Shown in pieces: positions 38,843 through 51,928 of a stretch of 64,000 nt of DNA. Each line of letters begins with the position of its first letter. The first letter of the stretch is position 1. The translations under genes were made by a program, and so were the position numbers. The DNA is from Chara braunii (Eukaryota; Plantae; Charophyceae): NCBI GenBank assembly GCA_003427395.1, contig BFEA01000009.1:569804-633803 (forward strand). Reading direction: 5' to 3'. The notes under the pieces were generated by a model. It searched no databases. It was not told the DNA's origin and saw only the letters and a list, made by a program, of their open reading frames with translations.

Positions 38843-39376
38843 AGTCCGGTCTTAAGTACCGGACTTAAGTTGAGTCCGGAGGGCAGAAGTGGAATTTGCC
38901 TCGAGGCTAAGCTGAAAATCGAAGGTCTGAGCCTGAGCGCCAGAATGTTGGATGGCGCCAAGTATAAAAATCCGAAAGTGCCAGGGGGAGGATTTGAGAA
39001 CGGGCGCCAACAGTCAGAAACCGGAGATCGGTGATTCAAAAATAAAATAGCAGCCTGGCGGGTGGTAACCCACGGCCCAGGGATCGAGCCCTGGCTGAGT
39101 CTGTAACAGGAAAGGTCGGAGTGGGGGCGGAAGGTGGGGGGAGACGGGAGCGGGAGCAGGAGCGAGGAGCGGGCAGCGGAAGCGGGAAGCGGGACCGGGA
39201 GCGGGACCAGAGGCGTAAGTGGAGAAGAGGGACCGGGACACAAAAAAAAGGAAAAAAAAAAAGAAAAATCAGTGTGGCAGTGTATATTTCCATGTTCTAG
39301 CGGTAGATTCATTTGATTTTTCTCATCTTATCGATGGAAGTACCATGAGGCCAGCCGCGAGCTTGGAGACTTACCT

Positions 39377-39612
<236 letters not shown>

Positions 39613-39691
39613 AAAAGTCGACCACCGAAAGGGTGTCGCTAACTCCGGGCGATGTGGTGAGTCCTTATCCATCAGTCAAATGAATCCTGGG

Positions 39692-39748
39692 CAGACTGTC
39701 GGGGTTCAACCTCCTAATGAGTCGGTGAAAGTCTGATGAAATAGTCTG
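39692..39748 (+). ncRNA. Type III hammerhead ribozyme-like motif (degenerate core)
   Basis: cagact-GTC / stem I gggg-ttcaa-cctc / CTaATGA / stem II gtcgg-tgaaagt-ctgat / GAAA / tagtctg pairing back to cagactg. Confidence 0.72.
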
Positions 39749-39778
39749 GCAAAGTCATGTTTTTTTTTTAGTGTATAG

Positions 39779-40138
39779 CTCGGCTACCAGCCGGGCCGCC
39801 CGGGTCACCCTATTTTCCCGGGCGGCCCGATCGTGCAAGGACAAGGGAAGGACCTAGCAAAAAAAAAAAAAAAATCGATAAATCCACAAAAAAAACTATG
39901 TCATGCAGAAAATTAAACTGAACAAAAATCGATAAAATCCAAAAAAAAAACTCGATAGAATCCAAAAAAAAAACTGTCTTTTTAAAAATTAAACTGAATA
40001 ACGTTTGCCTCAGGGTCACATCGAAATTTTGTACAAAATTAAAAAAAATAATAATAATAATAATAATTATTAATTTTTATTTTTATCTTGTTTTTCGCCC
40101 GGCCGGGCAAGTAGTCTCGGGCCACTCTGGTAGCCTAG
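39779..40138. mobile_element. MITE with 12-bp TIR and 8-bp TSD (hAT-like), copy 3
   Basis: gtgtatag|ctcggctaccag...ctggtagcctag|gtgtatag. Confidence 0.93.
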
Positions 40139-40854
40139 GTGTATAGTGAATATGACAACACACAAACAGTCTCTCACGCACGCGGGGCAAATGCAAGTTT
40201 TTTTTTTTTTTTTTTTTTTTGATTGATTGATTTATTTATTTATTGATTGATTGATTGATTGATTGGTAGCCCCCGCCAGCAGGGAAACGTTCGAATGTTC
40301 GAATGCTGGTGGGGGCTGCCATTCGCGCTTGGTTAGACTTCGTGAATGGCACCCCCTCTCTTGATGATCGATCCTAGCCACCAAATTCAATCTACGAAAT
40401 TCAACGGCGCAGATCAACGAAGCCACTGACATGTTAGAGGCCCTAAGTTCTCCACCAACTCCGGCGTGCATTGATATAACATTTCCAGAAAGTAAGAGAC
40501 AATCTAGGTAATTTTCGTTGTCGTAGTCTCGTCCGTCAATCGTCATGATCCGACGTACAAAGTGGAGCTTTGTTACCCCCCCGAGGTTAGGAGCGGTAAT
40601 CGCAGTGCAACCGTTCGTTGCGCGCCGACGCCAGGCACGACGGTCCGTTGCGCTCCGAGGCACAATTCCGAACGCTCTCGAAAACCCGTTGTGGCGGTTC
40701 GTTGCACGCCAAGGTCAACACTGGAAACCGACAAAATATGGTTTGGCAGACATTGTGACATTTTGCAAATATCAACGGAGGTGGATAGCGAACGTCCGCA
40801 ATCGCTCCATTTTGAACCAACGCCGCGCTTGCGAACGGAATCGCATCCATTCTC

Positions 40855-42270
40855 ACGCTCGCCATCGCCATAGCCATCGATGCACTTAGCTCATCACCAT
40901 CGCTGTGCACAACTATATTCTCCATCGCAGCGCTGGTAATCGCTATCGTTATTGCTACCATCGCAGCTCTCGCCATCGCTATCGCTACCATCGCAGCGCT
41001 GGCCATCGTTATCTATTCCATTGTCGCGCCATCTCTTTCCATCCCTATCCATGCCATCGCAGCGAGGGCCATCGCTATCACTTCCATCGCAGAGCTGGGC
41101 CATCTCCTGCGCCATCTTTCTCCATCACGGACTCTCTCCATCGCTGCGCGATCTCTCTCCATCACTCCTGCGCGATCTCTTCTCCGTCGCTTCGCAGTCT
41201 TTCTCCATCTCTCTCCATTGCTCTTGCGTGATATCTCTCCATCGCTGCTCGTTCCCTATCCATCTCAGCCCCATCTTTCTCCATCGCGGACTCTCTCCAT
41301 CGTTGCGCCATCTCTCTCCATCACTCCTGTTCGATCTCGTCTCCATCGTTGAGGGATTTCGCTCCATCGCTGCGCATTCCCTCTCCATCGTTGCGTGATC
41401 ACTCTTCATCGCTGCTCGATCTCTCTCCATTGCTGCACCATCTCTTTCCATCGCTGTGTGATCTCTCTCCATCACTGCGCGATATCTCACCATGACTTCA
41501 TCTTTCTCCATCGCGGACTCTCTCCATCGCTCCTACGCGATCTCTCCATCTCCATTGTATAATCGTTCTACTCCTCCATCGGTGAAGTCGCCCATCATTG
41601 CGAAATCGCACGAAACAAGCGCCAGGTATGCGTAATGAACGTTTAACACGACGGATATAACTTTGATTAAGCTAATTTTGAACTGATCTCGGATGCATTA
41701 TATCTAAAACATTAGTTAGCCATTAAATGATGTTGTCTAGGTCAATAGTGAGATATGCGGCACTCCTGCGCCATCTATCTTCATCGTTGCGCCATCACTA
41801 ACCATCGCTTCACCAGATCTCTCCGTCGGCTTGCCATCGCTGAGCATCGTTCGCCATCGTTAACCATCGCTGCACCAGATATCTGCATTTGTGCGCCTTC
41901 GCTAACCATCGTTGTGCCCGCTCTCTCGATTGGAGCGCCATCTTTCTCCATCGGTGCGCCATCTCTCTCCATCGGTGCGTAATCTCTCTCCATCGTTTCG
42001 CGATCTCTCTCCATCGTCGTGCCATCTTTGTGCATCTATCTCCATCGTTGCGCCATCGTTCTCCATTTGTTTCCATCTGTCTCTATCTGTCTCCATCTTT
42101 GCGCCATCACTGACCAATCGACCCATTGTATTGTCGTTGTAGTCCGTCATCGGTGTAGCCGCCCATCATAGTCGAATCGTACGAAACAAGCTCAATGCAT
42201 TTAACATGATGTATTAAGCTAATTTTGAATTGATCCCTGATGCATTATATCTAAATAAACATAAGTTAGA
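40855..42270. repeat. Two blocks of ~22-24-bp (tctctccatcgctgcgcgatc-like) minisatellite, each followed by a shared ~120-170-bp spacer
   Basis: ccatcg motif repeated dozens of times; cgcccatcat...cgaaacaagc...attaagctaattttgaa.tgatc recurs near 41590 and 42160. Confidence 0.88.
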
Positions 42271-42553
42271 CGATTTTGGAACGGCACAATGGCATGGCAG
42301 CCGGATATGCATGGAGTTGCCTATAAACTACAAAATTGTCAGATATGCTTGCAGTTATGAGATTCGTGGATTGGAGTTGCCTACGTACAAGAATGCTTGT
42401 CGGATATGCCTGCAGTTTCGAAAACGAAATGAGTGTGGTGAACAAGTCCGAGTAAACTTGCGCTTCTTCTCGGCCAAAACAAAAGGAAGTCTTTTTCTAT
42501 GTGTGAATTTACTCGCTCTTGAACCAACTGGGAAACTAATTTTTTACTATACG

Positions 42554-44621
42554 CTATGTAACCGGGTGAACGCGCTGAACGCGCGTTCACGTTCAAATGT
42601 TCACGTTCATACCCCCCGGGGCCGCGTTCAATCGCGTTCAAACGCGCTGCACGCCACGTGGCGCGAAAAAATTGAACGCAACCCCAGGGGGCGCGCACTC
42701 GCGTTGTGGACTACGGGGTGGTGGGCCTTGTTGTACAAACCCCGAAAGTGCAACCCCCCCCACCATNNNNNGNNCNNACCCCGAAAGTGCAACCCCCCCC
42801 ACCATAGGTGAAAAGTCCTTTTTTTTTTGGGGGGGGGGGGGGGGCGANCCCCCTAACACGACTCAGACGGCCCATGCAGGCTATCTGAAGGGTCCTCGCA
42901 GCCATGTGGCGCAGACCCCCCCACCAAAATCAAGGCAGGCAGTGAATATGAAGTAGTGCACGAGCTGGCCGAATGTATACTCAAGATTCGAATTCAGGTC
43001 TGTGTTTCAGCAGTTATGGGTTGCTCACGTAGTTAGGGCCTGTTGGTCTTTGCACGTGACTCTTAGGGCTTAGCTGCACTACTCACCAAATGTGCAAAAC
43101 CAGAATGAATCTTCTGCAAAACACGGAATAATACGCCGACATATGTGGTGAGTAGAGGCCTTAGGGCCACTGCACGTATTCCTAAGAAAAGAAAAACGAG
43201 ATAAAAAGAAAAACAAGAAAAAAGAAAAACACGAAGAAAAAACAAACGAGATTTTTTTTTTTTTTTTTTTTTTTTTCCTCCGAGCCTGTTTTAGACGAAC
43301 CTGAATTTCACTGCGCAGCGAGTTTTGCCGAGCCTGGGTCCCATTGTATTTAGTTCTCTGGTACTCACGGCAGCCACAACAGAGAAAAAAAGAAGAAGAA
43401 AAAAAAAAGAAGAAAAAAAAAAAAAAAAAAAGTTCACTTACCCCGTGATAGCCATGAGGTACATCCTTACCAGGTGGTAGTGGGACTGTGCCCTCAGTGA
43501 ACAGTACCCCTTATGCTGTTATCACGGTCGGATGCAGGCCGCAACAGTACCACTGTGACTGTGAGGTGAGCTTTGGCATTTTGTTTCCCAGCGTGCAATC
43601 CGCCCTGCCTCTCGGGTTGGGTGGCAGAACCAAATAAGGAAAAAAAGAAAAAGAGAAAAACCAACATCATGCACGTCACTCACTTGCTGGTCAGATACAT
43701 TCAATGAGGCCCTAAGTCGTTTGTGCCCTCTGTCGGACGTGATATAGTGAAAAGAAAAAAAAGGCATTACAACCATTTCTCCCATATTGCGTTCAGATAC
43801 AGGATCCCACAGTAGTACGTGGGTACGAGTTGAGCTTGCCTGTTTGTCTCCACGTGTGGAATCCGCCCTGCCTCTCTGGCAGGGCATAGCTTCTTCCAAT
43901 GAAACAAAAGGAAGGAAACTCCAACCACTTTGTGAACGTCCCTCACTTATTGGCCAAATACATGAAACAAATAAGTGGTGGTTTTTCCACCTCTGCACAT
44001 TTGGTGAGTAGTGTAGCCAAGCCCTAAGAGTCACGTGCAGAGACCAACAGGCCCTAGCTACGTGAGCAACCCATAACTGCTGAAACACAGACCTGAATTC
44101 AAGTCTTGAGTATATATTCGGCCAGCTCGTTCTCTACTTTATATTCACCGCCTGCCTTGATTTTGGTGGGGGGGTTTGCGCTACATGGCTGCGTGGACCC
44201 TTCAGATAGCCTGCATGGGTCGTCTGAGCCGTGTTAGGGGGATTCCCCCACCCCCCCGAAAAAAAAAAGGACCTTTCTCACACACACACACACACACACA
44301 CATTCACACACACATAAACACACAAATTCACACACACACAAACACATAAATTCACACACACACTTTTTTTTTTTTTTTAATGCCCGTTTTGCCTGGGGCA
44401 TTGACCCACAGGCCCCCCAAGCACCGCCGCCACTCCCCACACTGCCCACAGCCCCCCCAAGCACCGTCGCTGCTCCCCAGCACCCCCGACGGGCCTCCCG
44501 GGCGTGGGTGGCGCCCTACGCGTTCTCATTCAAAGCGTGCACCCGAGTTCTTTGAACGCGCGTTCAACGCGTTCAAAAACTGAACGCGGAACCCGCGTTC
44601 AACGAACGCGCGGCAACACAA
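42554..44621. mobile_element. Non-autonomous DNA transposon with 8-bp TSD and gaacgcg subterminal repeats
   Basis: actatacg|ctatgtaaccgg...gcggcaacacaa|actatacg; imperfect TIR resembling CTATGTTACC. Confidence 0.8.
42808..44281. repeat. Long inverted repeat (arms ~42808-43096 and ~43994-44281), foldback or long-TIR element
   Basis: ccccctaacacg.ctcagacg...ctcaccaaatgtgca is the reverse complement of tgcacatttggtgag...cgtgttaggggg. Confidence 0.9.
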
Positions 44622-45609
44622 ACTATACGGTGAATAAGTCCGAATAAACTCGCACTTGCACTCTCAGTTTTGAAACCGAAATGCTCATTTCAAGTGCGAA
44701 TTTATTCGGTCTTGAACCAACCAGGCCCCTAAATTTCTTACTATACAGTGGAAATGCTCATTTCAAGTGCGAATCTATTCGTTCTTGAACCAACCAGCAC
44801 CGTAATTTCTTGTTATATGGCGAATAAAACCGAATCTACTCGCACTTGCATTCAATGGGCGAGTCTATTTGCCATTGAACCAACCAGGAATCTATTTCCA
44901 ACTGTATACGGCATAAGTCCGAGTCAACTCGCACTTGTGATCTCCCCTAAATGCGGCGCACTTTTCTACGTGCGAATTTACTCGCTTTTGAACAAACCAA
45001 AAATCTTATTTCTTACTGTATGATGAATGTCCGAATCCACTCGCACTTGTACTCTAACCGAAATGATCTCCAAGCTACCCATTTGTTGTTGAACCAACCA
45101 CGAGTGTATTTCCAACTGTATGGTGCAGAAGTCCGAGTCAACGGGCACTTTTGGTCTGCCCTAAATGCGACAAACCATCCGTACTCTATGTGCGAGTCAG
45201 TTCGGTCTTAAATTTTAGTGCATGGTGAATCGGTGTCTCAAATGACGTGCACTTGTACTCTCGCCTGAATGCAAGTACGCCCCTTATTCTATGTGCTCGT
45301 CGATTCGTTGGTGAACCTACGACGGACCTGTTTCGTATTGCATGGTCAATAAGTTCGAGTCAACTTTGCACTTGTGCTCTTGCATAAATAGGATCTCCTC
45401 CGCCAGGAGTGACAATCAACTTGCACCGGAGAGAAAGTGTGAGTTCACTCGGACTTATCCAAACCACTTGCACATTAAACTAACTATAAGGAACAATAGT
45501 CCTTCAACTACCACAGGAGAACGAGTGGGAGAGGAGTCGGATTTGTGAGAACACTTAACCTTTAAATCGGGGTCTGGAAGTGCCACAACATCCATGGTTG
45601 GTTAAAGAG

Positions 45610-45853
45610 CTATGTTACCAGTTGTCCGATGGCAGGACGTCCTGGGCGGACAGTCGGGGGGGTCCCGGACGTCCGGGCCCGGACAACTCAATTTTTAGCA
45701 ATTAAATGCAAGAAAAAAATAAAAAATAATTGGGGGTGCCTTTAATTTAATTTTTTATTTTAAAATTGACAACGATTTTTGATATCATCTCGAGGCAAAA
45801 GTTGTGCAGTTTATGTTTCTGCATAACATAGTGTTTTTTTCAGATTTTTTGGA

Positions 45854-45891
<38 letters not shown>

Positions 45892-45960
45892 CCGTTCGGG
45901 CTCGGACAGTCTGCTAGGGGNGGATGTCCGACCGGTTGTCCGAGCGGACAATTCCGGACG
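45610..45960. mobile_element. Truncated relative of the CTAGG MITE family
   Basis: Terminus ctatgttaccag; shares the core gaggcaaaagttgt.cagtttat.ttt.tgcata.catag; different (ggac/gtcc) subterminal repeats. Confidence 0.7.
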
Positions 45961-48900
45961 GTCAAGGGTTGAAACTGATCCAGTGCTTTTGAAAAGAAGG
46001 CATTGTCTGGATGATACTGGTCTTCAGACAAGTGAAAACGACTTAATACTTGATTGAGTCTAACTGATGCTTTATGATAACTCAGATGAATGAACGTTGT
46101 CGAGGTAATAAGTCTCTGCACTGGTCACTCAGTGGTGGAATGCTGAGAATGTTGATTGAATACTGACTGAATGCTGCTTGAATATTTTTGACTGAGTTCT
46201 AACTGAGATTATTGATAACTCAGATGGTTGAGTGTTTGCTGGGGTAACGACCACCGAAGAGCAACTACTAAAAGAGACTGCAGATTGCTAAGAGGCTTTC
46301 GTTAGCTGAAGTGCTGGTGGGGACCTCAAAGTTTGCGTGCCTTCTCTGTTTACTTGAGCCTGGCCCTGGCCTGATCAGTGGCTTCCAGGGATGAGAAAAT
46401 ACCATGCAACCTTCCGTCTGACTCGTGAATATAAACCACGCACTCAATAAACTTTTAGTTTTTTGCTAGTCCAAGGGCGATTTCCCTCATCAGTTTCTGG
46501 CAGAGCAGAGCGTCGCCGACTGCTTGGTCCTCCCACTTTTCCGCTCTACTCCAATGAAGTGTGAGGGACACAACAAGAATGTCCTTACTATACATGACCC
46601 TCCCTTTTCTCGGATACCATAGAGATGACATCAATCATGAGAGGCAATTTTTCCCTGAGCACCACGCGTGATATCAATGCTTGGAGAAGCCCGTTCGGTC
46701 AACAATATCAGTCGTGACAACTAGTGAGCTGCACTACAGCGTTGGTGGGCTCAAGTCAGGTAAGGCGCAACTCTTGACTGGTTACCATGCGAGAGAGCTG
46801 CAGAACACTGTCTCTGCCCATTTACGTAATACAAGGGCGATGCCAATCCTTTCCTTAATGCATGCACCTCACTGAAGAACTTGGTCGTCACAAACGTTTT
46901 TAGGACTCAACCTTGACCACTCGGCATCTGTTCGTGCTCACGGAGAGTAGTTTTATCACAAGCCAGACCTATACTGGTGACCACTGACCAAGACTTTGGA
47001 CATTCTCAGATTTGACTTGAGAGGCCTAAGCGTCGTCGTTCAACGTTGAAGCTTTGAGCATAGTCCTCTCACTTACTCATCAAATAGGATATGGACTCAG
47101 GGTAAGTCTTAAGATAAGTTTCACGCAGGTGCTGCAACTGGGTACTACTGGTAGTAATTGAGGTCCGATCCATGTAGAACACAACATATTGTACGCTTGA
47201 ATTTCCTGTTTGCCTACAACGAATGGTCCCCAACTAATGTGATAACTCGCGAGAGATTAACACACTACCAAGGATGTGTCAACCGAGCTTACTGAGGACA
47301 GCAGCCACTCACCCTTGATCAACCAAGAGCTCTTAGTCCTCTTCTCGTCCCAAAATTTTAAATTGGTCGGCTGAGAAGGAACAACGGACTGAAATAGAAT
47401 AAGCTAAAATACCATAAGACAAAATAATAAAGCAAATTAGAATAAAATAAAATTGAGTAAGGAAGTTCCCTCACAAGCTCACCCTTTCCTCCCAACAGGA
47501 GAGTGGCTACATTCACGACAATTTTGATCCATGGCTCAACTTGAGAGCGTTCAAGGCCTGTCAATCCCCGTCAAGTAAGAATTTAATCAGCAGATATACA
47601 ATTTTTCTCAGAACTGCCCCCTTCCTTTCCATTCATGCTCAGACTGATGGGAGTAAAGCACTTTCCTGTTTAAGGCCAGCTCTGGATTACTCGAGCTTGG
47701 AAGAAGATAATATTCCCCGACCAGGGAGTCGAACCTAAATTGATTTCATTCATGGCTAGGGTTCACAGTAGAGTCCGTCAAATTTCAACTCATGCATTCA
47801 CCGCACTTAACCCCCTGACCAATCTGTTTTAGGAGAGTGAGACAGAAAGGTCAGATGACAGTTGAAGCGGTTCACTCAGGGTTTGATATAATTGTGACAA
47901 ACTTACTTCACCCGAGCACTCTTCTCACTTTGAGTCCCGATGCAGACTTACCGTTCCCGTACCAGTAACGGTGAGCATCAGATGGTAAGGTGACTGCAGA
48001 GGCGTGCTCAGCAGAGGTTGTCAAATCAACAAGTTGTCATGCAAGCCAACTCACCTACACGTTTTCGCGGCTGGCGAATTCTCCCGGACAGACGAAGACA
48101 CATGGTAGGCGAGCTAAGAGGCATCACCAAGTAACTAAAAGAAAAAGGAAAAATTTATTCACTTTCTTTCGACTGTACTTATTAACTCCAAATTCTTCTG
48201 GTAGTAGGTCCCTCCACGGGCCAGGGACAGAAACAACATTAGTTACATCAATCGCTTTGGCATGTATGGGGTCTTTTCTACGCACTGGCCAAACGGCGCA
48301 GTCACACAAAATCAAGGGTGACATCTGCGTATGATTATCAACTAAGTCTTCTCTACCGATTGATGTATTACAGCCTAAACCCTTCGTCACACACTTTTCC
48401 CAATTCTTAACATCATCAATACTCTACCCTTATACACTCGATCTCTTTACTCCACATACGTAACATAACCTTACAAGCAAAGCTTAGATCGGAAAACGAC
48501 TGACGTCAACTGAATACAGGGGTATTCCTTTTCTCAAGCATTTGTCTCCGCTCACGCCAATGCCTAATCATCTCCCTCTCAGGCGAGAGAGAACTAGTTC
48601 GAGGCGAGAACCAATCTTAAGTACGACCTTTTCTTGGAACCCCAAGTAAAGCCCAAAACTCGTTCACTTATGTCACGATCACACGGGACAACTCAATCCA
48701 CTCATTTTCTTGAGTAGGATGAATCACACAAGCTGATTTGCCTTACTATGCAGAGGTTAATTCTCGTTGAGACTTCTTTATAACTAATGCTTGATTTATC
48801 GCACCTCTCTTCCCTCTTAGCTCACCCTGATCACATATAGAAAACACGTAGTCTCTTCGGGACCTACCTTTTCAGTCACGTCTCCACACGTCAACCCGTT

Positions 48901-50489
48901 CCCTAGATGGCTGACATCATCAGTGATGAGTGAGTGTTACCCGACCACTACAAGCTAGGCCTCGCATAAAGTTTGTTCGTTGCCGTGAGTCGCAGTTTTA
49001 ACCGAGAGGAGTCATTAAGAAGATGCGCTCTTACAAGAGCCTTACTCTCCCTCTCTGTTCTGGCACTGTCTCTTTCATCAGACATTCTCATTCTTGCTCA
49101 CTTGCGTTGGAGCGCACCAAGGTACAAACCATACGTGATCGCCTCGCCAGTACTGACGGCATCAGCCAACCAGGCATCAACAGTGCTGAACTCATCAGGG
49201 TATCCAAACCAAAGAGACATACAACATGCTTTTGTTGATTGTAAGACCTGACACAGTCTCATTCCCCTGCTTCTCACGTAAGCATGCCCATTGTTGCACA
49301 ATCAGTGCAGTGACACGCCAGTCACATTCGGGCTACTCGGACCGCGCCCCTCCCTCTCTCTATTCAACTCTCCGACACATAGTGTTTCCCCACTCACGCA
49401 GAGGCTAGCACGGCATCTCATTGCTCACGTACTGGCTGGTCATAGTGCGCGCACAGACCCTTTCTTCTGCTTGCTCGAAACAACTGTAGTAGTGGACCCC
49501 GCCCTGTGGACGAGCATCTATCCTGACCATGGCAGACGAGTGAGCAGACTGGTCAAAGGCACATGCCTGGAAACTGTCGACGAATCTCTTGCGCTCTGAG
49601 AACCTAATCCCTCTCTCTCCGATTGTGACTGACTCTCCATCACTTTGGTTCTCACACGTGTCCCCTCACCCTAACTTCCCTCGTGTAGAAGTCAAGTTAA
49701 CGTCAGCATCCCGAGCATACATGAGGCACTCGCACGTACCGGTCTAGCCTCCCTCTCGTGTGAATCATCTGTCGAGCCACACCTGCGCAGTCATCCTTGA
49801 GGCCTTACTGTCTGTTTGCCCGCCGTCACGAGTTGGCCTCAGGGCCGGTCTCCACAAGGTCCACAGACGGGTGGTCCCGCCGCCACTGCTCCAGACCATG
49901 CCAAGACAAGGTCTCTGCCTCGCTCATTTCGCTCTCCCCACTCAAGTCCCTGTCCAGATGAGCCTGTTCTTGATCCACCGTATCGGTAGAGGTCTCAGCC
50001 TCATAATACGCAACTGTTACCCACGTTTCCGTTGTCACGCCGTCCCTCATGCAACGTCTCTTTGGGCGGTCCTTGGCCTCAGTGACTGTTGCTTGCAACT
50101 TCGGATCAGCCCTCATCTTTTCTTCCCCAGCTCCCTCCACGTTAATCTTCAACTTGGCCTCGTCTCCCTCGTCACAGTTGAGGATCGTGGTGATCCAAGG
50201 CCCTTCCCAGGACATTGGCCTCCAACGAGTCCGGAGGTTCCAACAATCCGGCCTGTAGCCGTGCAGGGCCATAGTCGTCCTCTCTCCGATAGCCAAAACC
50301 ACTACTAACTCTCTGCTCCCCTCCTCTCACAGCCCGTGCCAGGAACCCGCTAACTAGACCCAGACAGTCTAGGCCTAGAAGCGCCACCGCTATTCCAGGC
50401 CACTCGGCAGCGAGTCACTGACTGGCTACCTGGAGACCCAATGACCGTTTCTCTTATAGCGCCCATGTGTGTCGCGCTCCCAGTGTACA
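45961..50489. mobile_element. ~4.5-kb non-coding insert, possible very long solo LTR
   Basis: ggacg|gtcaag...agtgtaca|ggacg; ends in CA but the left TG is imperfect; no gag/pol motifs found. Confidence 0.45.
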
Positions 50490-51829
50490 GGACGGGGTCT
50501 CAAAACTCTACATTTCCATAATTTGTAATTCAGAAAAAGATAAATTAAAATATGATAAGATAAAATAAATTAAAACAAAGGGACCGAGGACCTCAACGGT
50601 TATGGTTTTCGTAGTGCCATCTGCAGTCAATCACAATGTCTCCTTGTTTGTGGCATGAAGCGCCCGCAGACTCGACGCGGCAGTCCCATAACGGGATACC
50701 AATCAAAGTTTTTCCGTCCTTAAAATCGATGGCTAGCCTTACCCTTGATAGGTACCCGCTTCCGATGGTAAGGAGGGGACTCATGACCTTTCACAGAAGG
50801 TGATGAGTCTCCTACCGATGGGACCGTGGGTGCTCCCATTTTGGAGCCTCTCTACTCAATGCCTAGCAGGCCATGTCCACTGCAAACTAAAACGTTAAGA
50901 GTCAATCAACCTAAACCCTCCGCTTGCTATCCCCATTCGGAAGTGAACCGTTGGTCCCTCTGCGAACGACAAAAAGGGGGAGAATATTCAAGAGACGGCT
51001 ACTAATAATAAAGTTAACAATAGCAAAAAAAAATCTGGTAGAAAAAGAAAAAGATACAGCGCCCCTGCAACTTAGGACCACTAGCTCGTCCTAGACGAAA
51101 ATGGCTAAATAAACCGGGGTGCAGATCCGACACGCGACTTCCCCCGTTGTCTAATTTTCCCTTCCTTTTCTTTTTCTTTGTTTCGTCCTACTCTGATCAC
51201 GACCGCCCTCTGCACTCATCCCGTAACTCAAGTAGGGCGAACTCGGCGCACCGTAGAAAAAACTGCGTCGGTCCTACTCCCTCCGTGTCCCTAGGCGAGC
51301 CCGGCGGCTACCACAGCCACAGGCCGGTTGTGCTTTGTTGTACTGCAGGGCGCCGAGCCTGCGTGGACCAAAGGAAAGTCCAGTGGCGCACCCACCCTTT
51401 TGCTTGTGGGTGTGTCGACTGGACTAACCCTGCTGCAAGTCTGGAATGCTGCAGAGTCCCTCAGACGATCCACAACAAAGGTGTGTGGGCAGACGCCTGG
51501 TATGCAGCGGTGATGAGTGAGCGGACACCTGGTATGCAGCGGTAGTACGTGAGCAGTCACTTGGTACGCAGCAGAGGGTCCGGGCACCGCGCCCTCCGAC
51601 ACCGCTCCCGCCGCCTCCCTTTCTCCCCCTGCCTCCCCCTCTCTTGCTGCGTCCCCCTGTCCCACTTCCTCTCCCTCTCCCACTGCCTCCCCCTCTCCCA
51701 TTGCATCCCCACTCCCACTCTCGCTGCCTCTCTTGCTCCCACTGCCTGCCCCTCTCCCGCTGCGTGCCCCGCTCCAGCTGCCTTTCCCGTTCTCTCACAC
51801 TGCCGCGTGCTGATGCACGCTACTTTCTG

Positions 51830-51876
51830 GTTCAATCAATCAATCAATCAATCAACCAATCAATCTATCAATCAAC

Positions 51877-51928
<52 letters not shown>

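Larger units (their letters stand above)
37266..39240 (-). mobile_element. 5' LTR (37279-39240, interrupted by a SINE) with Met-PBS at 37266-37277
   Basis: Minus strand TGTCCCGGTCCC...atcaCA-c-TGGTATCGGAGC; ~610 bp after removing the SINE and one TSD copy. Confidence 0.65.
42435..45400. repeat. Degenerate ~110-bp tandem array interrupted by the 42554-44621 element
   Basis: aagtccga.t.aactcgcacttg...gtgcgaattt...cttgaaccaacc units on both sides; removing the insert restores ttactatacg|gtgaataagtccga. Confidence 0.8.

Noticed and set aside
39636-39680. Twister ribozyme suggested by gctaactccg
   Set aside because: The remaining conserved twister elements and pseudoknot pairings could not be found
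40894-42150. Repetitive MERD-type ORFs
   Set aside because: Products of the ccatcg minisatellite; frames are not maintained between blocks
46478-46500. Minus-strand CTGATGA-gg-GAAA (also CTGATGA-GAAA near 6762-6775)
   Set aside because: No room for stem II and no flanking helices; chance matches to the hammerhead core
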